Shown: positions 18,513 through 27,000 of the stretch, in pieces
How the letters are laid out: each line of letters begins with the position of its first letter
Numbering within the stretch: the stretch's first letter is position 1
From: Candidatus Aenigmatarchaeota archaeon
GTDB lineage: Archaea > Aenigmatarchaeota > Aenigmatarchaeia > GW2011-AR5
Length of the DNA: 37,602 nt
Assembly: GCA_016202875.1 (NCBI GenBank)
Contig: JACQNX010000047.1
Location: forward strand, 1-37,602
Direction: 5' to 3'
Position numbers and translations under genes: made by a program
Notes under the pieces: model-generated
Databases searched by the model: none
Seen by the model: the letters and a program-made list of their open reading frames with translations, nothing else
What the model was told of the DNA's origin: nothing

Positions 18513-18965
18513 ATGATTGAGATTTACTTGATTGGAGAAGAAGGAGAAAGACAACAAGCTATGCAAAATGCTACAGGTTTTCTTCCCAGGCCGCTAAATG
18601 AGAATATGCTTAATTATCTTTTTTCTGATAAACACAGATCGGTTTTTCTTGTCTTATGTCGGGGCGTGTATCGAAGAGGTGCGTATCGTATGCATTTAAG
18701 TCCTGATGTTGAGGTCTGCTCTGATGCTGACATTCTTGATCAGTATTTCTATGCAAATGGCTTTAATGATGTTTATTTTCTTGAAAACCCGCGAGAGGCG
18801 CTTTCTATGCTTAGAGACAAGAAATGTAGAACAGATGTCATAATAGCGAGTATGGCGCATTCAGAAATAAACGGCCCTGAACTTGCCGAAGAAATAAGAA
18901 AATGGAAAAATGAAGGAGCAAATGCTATGAAACGTAAAACACAAACTAGGATGCGAATACAATGA
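18513..18965 (+). CDS. Hypothetical protein with a partial, degenerate receiver (REC)-like domain
   Basis: ENPREALSML...DVIIASMAHSEINGPELAEEIR mirrors REC EAL..L...pDliilD..mP.mdG.el...ir, but the phosphoacceptor Asp position is Ser. AGGTG RBS before ATG 18513. Confidence 0.6.
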   Translation: MIEIYLIGEEGERQQAMQNATGFLPRPLNENMLNYLFSDKHRSVFLVLCRGVYRRGAYRMHLSPDVEVCSDADILDQYFYANGFNDVYFLENPREALSMLRDKKCRTDVIIASMAHSEINGPELAEEIRKWKNEGANAMKRKTQTRMRIQ

Positions 18966-20131
18966 AAAACGCAGCAGTAGTCGGAATCGGGCAAACGAAG
19001 TTCGGCGAGCACTGGGACAAGTCGCTCAAGGATATGATATGCGAGGCATCGCTTGCTGCTGTTGCGGATGCAGGCGTTGAGAAGCAGGAGATAGAGAGCA
19101 TTTACATCGGAAACATGTCTGCAGGACGGTTTGCTGGACAGGAGCATTTGGGCGCGCTTGCTGCTGACTGCATAGGGGTGAGTGTGCCAGCGACGCGGTA
19201 CGAGGCTGCTTGCGCTTCGGGCAGTGTTGCGTTCAGGAATGCCTACAATGCTGTTGCAGCCGGGCAGGAAAAGCTGGTGCTTGTCATAGGCGTGGAAAAG
19301 ATGACTGATGTTGCTGTGCCCTCTGCTGTGCTGAGCTTGGCTGCTGCAGGAGACCAGGAGTGGGAAGCTTCTTCAGGCCTGACATTTGCTGGTGCTTACG
19401 CCCTGATTGCGAGAAGGCATATGCATGAGTTCGGCACGACCAAGGAGCAGCTTGCAGCTGTGGCTGTGCAGAACCACAGTAATGCTGTGGGCAATCCTTA
19501 TGCCCAGTTTCCTGTTGCTGTGAAAATGGAAGATGTCCTGAATGCGAACATGATTGCTGAGCCTCTAGGTCTTCTGGACTGTTCGCCGATAACAGACGGG
19601 GCTGCGGCTGTTGTTATTGCTGAAGAAAGTATAGCTAAAAAGCTGGGCAATGCGCCTGCATGGGTTCTTGGCTCTGGGCAGGGTGCAGACACACTGGCTC
19701 TGCACAGCCGCAAATCGCTCACAGAGATGCTGGCTACAAAACAGGCTGCGAAAAAAGCGTTTGAGCAGGCTGGTGTGCAGAGAAAGGATATGGATGTTGT
19801 GGAAGTTCATGACTGTTTTACAATTAATGAGATTATTGGTTTAGAGGATTTAGGCTTTTGTGAAAAAGGAAAAGGCGGCAAATTTGTTGAGGACGGAAAG
19901 ATAGAAAAAGGTGGTGAAGTTCCTACAAACACGCTCGGCGGACTAAAGGCATGCGGTCATCCTGTGGGCGCGACTGGAGTGAGGCAGATTATTGATATCA
20001 CAAGGCAGCTCAGGGGCAAGGCTTACAATCAGGTTAATGGCGCCCGGTACGGGCTGAACCTGAATATTGGAGGCTCTGGGGCGACGGCGGTTGTGAATAT
20101 TTTCGGAAGTGATGTGCCAGATGGGGGATGA
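18962..20131 (+). CDS. Acetoacetyl-CoA thiolase (archaeal type)
   Basis: GIGQTKFGE, EAACASG, GVEKM, CSPITDGAAA, EVHDCFT, GHPVGATG. Confidence 0.95.
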   Translation: MKNAAVVGIGQTKFGEHWDKSLKDMICEASLAAVADAGVEKQEIESIYIGNMSAGRFAGQEHLGALAADCIGVSVPATRYEAACASGSVAFRNAYNAVAAGQEKLVLVIGVEKMTDVAVPSAVLSLAAAGDQEWEASSGLTFAGAYALIARRHMHEFGTTKEQLAAVAVQNHSNAVGNPYAQFPVAVKMEDVLNANMIAEPLGLLDCSPITDGAAAVVIAEESIAKKLGNAPAWVLGSGQGADTLALHSRKSLTEMLATKQAAKKAFEQAGVQRKDMDVVEVHDCFTINEIIGLEDLGFCEKGKGGKFVEDGKIEKGGEVPTNTLGGLKACGHPVGATGVRQIIDITRQLRGKAYNQVNGARYGLNLNIGGSGATAVVNIFGSDVPDGG

Positions 20132-20409
20132 AAAAAATGCCGATTACAAAGGAATATGTTGACAGATTAAAACTAAAGCCTTATGAATCTATAGCAGTTA
20201 GAGAGGGGGAAAGAACTTACCTTGGCCATTATATGATGCATTCTGATAGTCATATTCATGTATTTTATGATGCAGTTCCTGATGAACACGTTTCTCATGT
20301 AGGGGCTCCTTATACACATAGATTAAATGAAATCGATGACGTCTATCCTGTAATAAAAGATGTAAGAAGAACTGAGGCAGCATTAGTTTGGCCAGAATTA
20401 GGTGATTAA
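20128..20409 (+). CDS. Hypothetical protein between thiolase and DUF35
   Basis: 93-aa AT-rich ORF with ATGA overlap; its 3' end supplies the GGTGA RBS of the next gene. Confidence 0.7.
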   Translation: MKKMPITKEYVDRLKLKPYESIAVREGERTYLGHYMMHSDSHIHVFYDAVPDEHVSHVGAPYTHRLNEIDDVYPVIKDVRRTEAALVWPELGD

Positions 20410-20411
20410 AA

Positions 20412-20813
20412 ATGCCGCACAGATCAAGCGTTGCACAGCCGTGGAGGATGCAGGCAAGCAGGTACAGGCTTGCGGGCAATGAGTGTGTGATCTGCAAGAA
20501 TGTGGATTTCCCTCCCAGAAGGATTTGCAGTAAGTGTGGGGGGCATGATTTGGTGGAAAAGCAGCTGGCAGGAGAAGGGATAATAGAAACGTTTACGATT
20601 CTGCACACTGCGCCGGAGGGGTTTGAGGGGACAACGCCTTATGCTATCGGGCTCATAAGACTGAAAGAGGGGCCTGTTATCACTGCGCGGCTTGTTGGAG
20701 ATTTTGAGAAGATTGGGATTGGGAAGAGTGTAAAGGCTGTTTTCAGAAAAGTTTATGAGCATGGTGAAGGCGGGCTTATACACTACGGATTCAAATTTGA
20801 GATTGTTGAATAA
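20412..20813 (+). CDS. DUF35 Zn-ribbon/OB-fold protein (thiolase-HMGS scaffold)
   Basis: CVIC...FPPRRICSKC, PEGF..PYAIGLI.L.EG, FRK...G.IHYGFKF; operon context with HMGS and thiolase. Confidence 0.93.
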   Translation: MPHRSSVAQPWRMQASRYRLAGNECVICKNVDFPPRRICSKCGGHDLVEKQLAGEGIIETFTILHTAPEGFEGTTPYAIGLIRLKEGPVITARLVGDFEKIGIGKSVKAVFRKVYEHGEGGLIHYGFKFEIVE

Positions 20814-20823
20814 CGGTGAAAAC

Positions 20824-21243
20824 TTATAGAAGTGGTCCAAGCAAATGCTGAAATCCTTCTGGCAAGCGGTGTTTGTACTGTTTCAGCACATGTAAACCGA
20901 CTCCACTAATGCCTACAACTACATTATAACCACTTCCATCATCTAAACTAGCTTCTAAACATAAACCACATCCGCCTGCGCAGTAGATTCCACCTTCATT
21001 AGGGTCGCTAAGGGCTCTTCTCATTTCATCAAATCTATAAGACGGCGACAGAGCAGCTTCCCATGGAAAATCGTTTGGTGTACATAAGTTTGCACATGCT
21101 CTATCATCGTATGCAACAAAAAAATAAACCTTATCTATTCCAGCTTTCGTTAATGCTAATCTTGCTTTATCTGTTTTTATACTTTTTACTGGAATAAACC
21201 CTTCAGGCTCTGCAAGAGCCATTTCTGCGATATGCCAGCTCAT
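20824..21243 (-). CDS. Hypothetical protein with Cys clusters
   Basis: 139-aa ORF containing CANLC and CAGGCGLC; no family recognised. Confidence 0.7.
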   Translation of the reverse strand: MSWHIAEMALAEPEGFIPVKSIKTDKARLALTKAGIDKVYFFVAYDDRACANLCTPNDFPWEAALSPSYRFDEMRRALSDPNEGGIYCAGGCGLCLEASLDDGSGYNVVVGISGVGLHVLKQYKHRLPEGFQHLLGPLL

Positions 21244-21294
21244 TCTTACAACTTGATAATTAGTTTTATAAAGCCATGTTTAACAAAAATACTT

Positions 21295-21565
21295 AACTCC
21301 AACTAAAACCAAGAAACCCTGCAAATTTTATGGAAACCAGACACCTTGATTTCTTGTGGAGGATGTTATTTGTGTTGGTTGCTTGTGGGCTTTCACGAAA
21401 AACGGACAACCTTCCTTTCTTATAACGATGTTATTTGAGGTATATTTATATGGCAGGTTGCAGGAGAAAGGAAGGGGTGTTGGCGATTTTTGAACATATA
21501 TGTTAAGAAACCTTGGTTTCTGATAGAGATAAGTTTATATATGCTGGAAGAGAAATAGGGGTGTT
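21295..21565. other. Probable replication origin (oriC) with ORB-like boxes upstream of cdc6
   Basis: About 370-bp non-coding gap before cdc6. ORB-like boxes against TCCAnnnGAAAnnAAGGGGT: TCCACAAGAAATCAAGGTGT (minus, 21341-21360), TGCAGGAGAAAGGAAGGGGT (plus, 21459-21478), TCTATCAGAAACCAAGGTTT (minus, 21508-21527), with weaker ones near 21298, 21407 and 21545; AT-rich stretches between them. Confidence 0.8.
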
Positions 21566-21612
21566 AGTGTTTTTATTTTTGTTGAACATTTTCATACAGG
21601 TGTGGGTGTGGA

Positions 21613-22872
21613 ATGGAATCAGTGACTACTACAACGGCAAATAACACATCACATATAGCACCGAGCATATCAGCTAATATCTTTTCTCAATACATACAGA
21701 ACGAAGGCGTATTCAAGGATAAAAAATTCCTTTCCTCTTCATTTATTCCACAAACAATACCACACAGGGAACAGGAAATACAGCACATAAGTTCTATGCT
21801 TGCCCCTGTCCTGAAAGGATACAACCCCAACAATGTCTTCATATACGGGACATGTGGAACAGGGAAAACAATCTGCACAAAATTTGTTCTTGGCCAGCTT
21901 GCGGATATCTCCAAAAACAAGGTCACAACACTTTATGTAAATTGCAAGATGAAAAAGGTTGCTGATACAGAGTACCGGCTGTTTGCACAGATGCTTAAAG
22001 ACCTGAATGAATTTGTGCCGGACACAGGGCTGCCCACCGACGTACTTTACAGGAAGTTCTTTGCCAGGATAGAAGAAAGAAAGATGCCTGTAATCATAGT
22101 CCTGGATGAGATAGACGTGCTGCTGAAAAAAGTAGGAGACGAGTTTCTTTATAACCTCACACGCATTAACACAGAGCTGGTAAGGTCGCATGTCACTGTC
22201 ATAGGCATAACAAACGACCTTGCGTGCAGGGATCGGTTAGATGCGCGGGTAAAGTCATCACTGTCAGAAGAAGAGATCATGTTCAAGCCGTACAATGCTG
22301 TGCAGTTAAAAGATATTCTTGGATTTAGGGCCACGATGGGATTCAGGGAAGGCGCTATTGAAGACGGAGCTCTGAGCAAGTGCGCGGCGCTTGCTGCGCA
22401 GGAACATGGAGATGCGCGCAGGGCTTTGGATCTGATGCGAGTGGCTGGAGAGGTAGCAGACCGTCTTGGTGAAAGGGTGGTCACAGAAAAGCATGTAGAC
22501 ATGGCAGAACAGAAGATAAGTTTAGACCGTATTACTGAGGCTGTGCGCATACAACCTAAACAATCACAGGCTGTCCTGTACTCTGCCCTGTTGCTGGAAA
22601 AAAGGAATAAATCACAGAAGAAGTGGACTGACTCACGTCTGCTTACGGGCGATGTTTATAATTCCTACAAAACTGTATGCGAGAAAGGCGGCATGAAAGC
22701 GCTGACACAGAGAAGGGTGAGCGATCTCATAAGCGAGCTGGACATGCTTGGCATAATAAATGCAAGGATTATTTCAAAAGGCAGACACGGCAGGACGCGG
22801 GAGATATCACTGGACATGGCAGAAACCACACTAGAGAAGGTTGAGAAACTCCTCATGGACAGGTTTGAATGA
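21613..22872 (+). CDS. cdc6: Orc1/Cdc6 replication initiator
   Basis: IPHREQEI, Walker A GTCGTGKT, Walker B VLDEID, HGDARRALDL, winged-helix LTQRRVSDLISELDMLG...GRHGRTR. Confidence 0.97.
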   Translation: MESVTTTTANNTSHIAPSISANIFSQYIQNEGVFKDKKFLSSSFIPQTIPHREQEIQHISSMLAPVLKGYNPNNVFIYGTCGTGKTICTKFVLGQLADISKNKVTTLYVNCKMKKVADTEYRLFAQMLKDLNEFVPDTGLPTDVLYRKFFARIEERKMPVIIVLDEIDVLLKKVGDEFLYNLTRINTELVRSHVTVIGITNDLACRDRLDARVKSSLSEEEIMFKPYNAVQLKDILGFRATMGFREGAIEDGALSKCAALAAQEHGDARRALDLMRVAGEVADRLGERVVTEKHVDMAEQKISLDRITEAVRIQPKQSQAVLYSALLLEKRNKSQKKWTDSRLLTGDVYNSYKTVCEKGGMKALTQRRVSDLISELDMLGIINARIISKGRHGRTREISLDMAETTLEKVEKLLMDRFE

Positions 22873-22935
22873 TGATCCTGCTGGGAAAGAAATAAGAGTT
22901 TTTCCCAAACTTTACAAAAATAAGGCGACATTTTC

Positions 22936-24036
22936 ATGGCAAACGCGGGGGCGGTGGAGATATTTTTCAAAAAAGGCAGGCTCCTTACCCCTGAGGCCCT
23001 TCGCTACCTGGAAAACAAGAATGCCGAGAACTTTTTATCAGAGAGCTCTGATCTTGTTGTGGATGTAGAAGACCTGCTTGCCAGGGAAGACAAGATACAC
23101 ATAATCAGAAACATAACAGGGAAAAAGAGCGAGGTCACCACAGCTGATATTGTTCGCTTTTACAATTCCAAATACGAGAAAATGAAAAACATAATTCTCT
23201 CACGCATGCAGAAGAATTTTATCTCGATAAACAAATTAGATACCCAGAGGAGCGAGGTTTGTGTCATCGGCATAGTCAGAGACATTAAGGGCAACGAAGG
23301 GAAGAAGAATATAGAGCTGGAAGATTCAACAGGGTCTGTAACAGTTGTGTTTGAGCCCAACCTTATAGAAGACCTGGAACTGGATGATGTTGTTGCTGTA
23401 CAGGGCATAGCTGCTGGGAAGGTTATGTTCGGCAAAAAAATACTATTTCCAGATGTTCCGCTACGGCAGCCGACAAAAGGCAGTGGGAAGGCATGCTTTA
23501 TCTCTGACCTGCATTTAGATGAGGCACCAAAGCAGGATCTGGAAAAATTTCTGCGCTGGCTTGAGGGGCAGGATACAAGATACCTTTTCGTAGTCGGCGA
23601 TATCGGCGACATCAATATTTTTGAATACCTGGTTGATGCTTACTGCAGAGATAAAAAGGTATTCGTAGCGATGGGCAAAGACGCAGAGGAGATGCCTGGC
23701 TTTCCATCAGAGCTCAAATCAAAAAATGTAATCGCTCTCAGTAACCCCGCACTGGTTGAAATAAATGGCATCAAAATCCTGGTTATAAACAATTTTGACA
23801 TCAAAATGTTGAGGAAAAGGCACCTCGGCAACATAAAACCCATACTTGAAGAAGACTTCATGGCACTAGAAGAACTGCCTGATATTGTGCATTGCGGGCA
23901 CAGCCATGAGGCGAGCATAAATAATTACAAATCCACGACAATAATTAATGCCGGCTCTTTACTCACAAATTTCAGACCGGTAATAGTGGACTTTGCCACG
24001 CGTGAATGCATGCAGGTCGATGTTGCAGGTTTGTAG
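22936..24036 (+). CDS. PolD small subunit (DP1)-like protein, shortened, exonuclease probably inactive
   Basis: DP1-type N-terminus (KGRLLTPEA), OB fold (IGIVRDI...ELEDSTG...DDVVAVQG..FPDVP) and phosphoesterase fold with SDLH, GD, RHL and GHSH, but GNHD replaced by GKDA and HG by NF. Confidence 0.85.
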   Translation: MANAGAVEIFFKKGRLLTPEALRYLENKNAENFLSESSDLVVDVEDLLAREDKIHIIRNITGKKSEVTTADIVRFYNSKYEKMKNIILSRMQKNFISINKLDTQRSEVCVIGIVRDIKGNEGKKNIELEDSTGSVTVVFEPNLIEDLELDDVVAVQGIAAGKVMFGKKILFPDVPLRQPTKGSGKACFISDLHLDEAPKQDLEKFLRWLEGQDTRYLFVVGDIGDINIFEYLVDAYCRDKKVFVAMGKDAEEMPGFPSELKSKNVIALSNPALVEINGIKILVINNFDIKMLRKRHLGNIKPILEEDFMALEELPDIVHCGHSHEASINNYKSTTIINAGSLLTNFRPVIVDFATRECMQVDVAGL

Positions 24037-24077
24037 ATTTATAGTGATTTGCGCAGCAAATAAATGAGGGTGATTAT

Positions 24078-27000
24078 ATGAAAATGCAGATAGTTGATGT
24101 GGATTATTTTTTAAACACAAACAAGCCAGTTGTGAGAATTTTTGGCAGGTCGCAGAATGGCAATGCTGTCTGCATCCTGTACGACCAACTGCTTCCCTAT
24201 TTTTATGTCAAATGTTCTGAAGAGCAGGCTGAAAGAATTAAGGGAATAAAAGAGGTGCGCAGCGTAGAAGACGCAGAGATGTACATACCAATAGGATATC
24301 AAGAAAAAAAGACCCTCCTCAAGAAAATCATTTTACTAAACCCGCAGGATGTGCCAGAAACACGGGACAGAATATCTGCTCTTGGTATCAGAGAGGTGTT
24401 TGAGGCGGACATCATGTTTAAATACAGATTTATGATTGACCATGGTCTTTTTGGCATGCAGTGGATAGATGCAGAATGCACAAAAGCCAACACAAAAGTT
24501 GCAAAGGTGCCGGCTTACTGTGCAACCACAATAAAACCAGTAGAACAAACAGGCAACGCAGAACTTAGAATACTCTCTTTTGACATAGAATGCGTTTCAG
24601 ATGATATCAAGAGAGCGCCTGACGCAAAGAAAGACCCTATAGTCATGATATCCATGGCATTCCACCCTGCGTACAAAGGCAAGAAAAATATTGTTTTTGT
24701 GGCCAAGCACGTTCTAGGAGAAAATACCAAGGGATTTGGTTCAGAAAAGAATATGCTAGAAGAATTTGTAAAGCTTATTGATGACTACGACCCTGATATA
24801 ATCACAGGTTATAATATCAACAATTTTGACTTGCCTTATTTAATGGAGAGGCTTAAGCACAATAAAATTCCCCTCAACATAGGACGATCGGACAAGCCTA
24901 TGTTCGGCAGGACAACGGGCATGACTACAGAGTTCGTAATACCTGGCAGGGTTGTTTTTGATCCTTACCAGATATTAAAGCGCGACCCATGGCTGAAATT
25001 CCAGCGCTATGACCTCAACACAGTGGCAAAGAAAATGCTGAATGAAGAGAAACACAATGTTGAATACAGCGAGATGGCAGCTCTTTGGGCGGGTTCGCGA
25101 GAAGGGCTGAGCAGATTTATAGAGTACGCACGAAAGGACGCTGACCTTTCATTAAGGCTGGTTGTAGAGAAAGGCCTGATGGACAAGTTCTACGAACTTT
25201 CAAAGATTTCTGGCGTTCTCCTGCAGGATGTTTTCGGAGGACAGACACGTCGGGTGGACACCATGATACTGCATGAATTCAAGAAAATGGACTTTGTCAT
25301 GCCGCTCAATCCCTCAAAATCAGACCTTATCAGAAGAGCAAAGGAGCGCGATAAAGAAGGGCTCAAGGGCGCAATAGTCATGGAGCCTAAAAAAGGACTG
25401 CACGCAGACGGCTGTGTCATTGTTCTGGATTTCAAGAGCTTGTACCCTTCGATAATGAGAACGTACAACATATCACCCGATACTTTATTACAGCAGGGCA
25501 ATGCACCACATGAGACATCGCCAACAGGGGCAAAATTTGTAGCTGCAGGAATACAGCAGGGCATTTTGCCTTCTCTGCTAACACAGCTTATAGAAACACG
25601 AAGCAAGATTAAAAAAGAAATGAAGGCCGCATCCGGCGAGAAGAAGAGGATTCTTAATGCAAAACAGCTCGCAATAAAGGACATGTCGAACAGCGTGCAT
25701 GCAAGCACAGATATAGTTGTTCAGGAACCTACAGGCAACTTGCACGTGTGTGAGATAGAAACGCTTTTCAACGAACTGGTGAAGGAGCACCCTGTAAAAA
25801 AAATCGGAGATACAGAGGTAATAGAACTTGACAGATGGCAGACATTAAGCGTAGATGGCAATAAATCATGCTTCAAACCTATGTACGCTATATCAAGGCA
25901 TAAGCATGCGGGCGAATTGACAAGGATCAAGACAGCAATGAGCGAAGTTATGATTACAGATGACCACAGCATCATGGCTATGGCAGGGAGGCAATCAAAC
26001 AGACAAAGAGAAAGCCAGTTTGATGGGCTTGTGGAAAAAGGCGGCAAGGAGGTTTCTGAAGAAGATATCATAGCTCAAGTCAGAAAAGTCTGTCTGCCGG
26101 AAAACGACGTTACATTTAACTGGCTTGAATTTTTAAAGACTTTACCAGAAGAAGAAATTTTAGATATATGTTTGTATATCCCTAAAAGCCTGCAGCTGAA
26201 TAAAAAAGGCTGGCTCAAAAACAGAGTAAAGATGCTTTCTGCATTCAATGGACCGGCAGATTCAGCAACTTTGCAGACGATTGTTGAACGACGTATACTG
26301 AGAAGCTCGGAGGGTGTTTTGATAAATAGAACAGGCTTAACAACAGTCGGCAATTGTGGCATTGTACCTGTATATGAGCCCACAGAAGACGGAGAGGCGC
26401 TGATCGATTTCTACGAAGATTTTACATATGCCAAGGAAGAACCACTGTATTACACACTTCCGATTACAGCTGCACAGAAACTGCCCAAATTTATTGAGCG
26501 GCATTCATTCGTGGCTGTCGGCGGAGCGCATCAAGGCCGCAGAAAGGTTCCTATTCACCTGCCTGTTACGGACGAACTTGCAGAACTTATAGGATGGTTT
26601 GTAGCAGAGGGCAGTACGTACAAGCGGGGTAATTCTTTCAGGTCAACAATATCCAATACAAATAAAAGCCATATCAGACGTATAACGTACCTGATCAAAA
26701 AATGTTTTGGTTACGACGCACGTATATTTAATAAAGATATAACAATGAACACAAAGCTGTTATATCTGTTCTTCAGGCATCTGTGCGGCTCATCCTCTTA
26801 TATGAAACAGGTACCGGATTTTATACTTAATTCCAACACGAAGATCCGCGAAGCATTTATGAAAGGTTACTATAGCGGCGATGGCAATGTAAAAGTGCAC
26901 CGTATTAATACAGTGAGTAAAACTCTGGCTGCACAGTTGAACGTCATGCTAAAAGAGTTCGGTGGCGTGCAGTATAATTATTTTGACGGGCTATACCGCA

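Noticed and set aside
22841-23068. 75-aa plus-strand ORF bridging cdc6 and DP1, suggesting a frameshift fusion
   Set aside because: Both genes are complete with their own stop and start; the bridging frame has no recognisable sequence.
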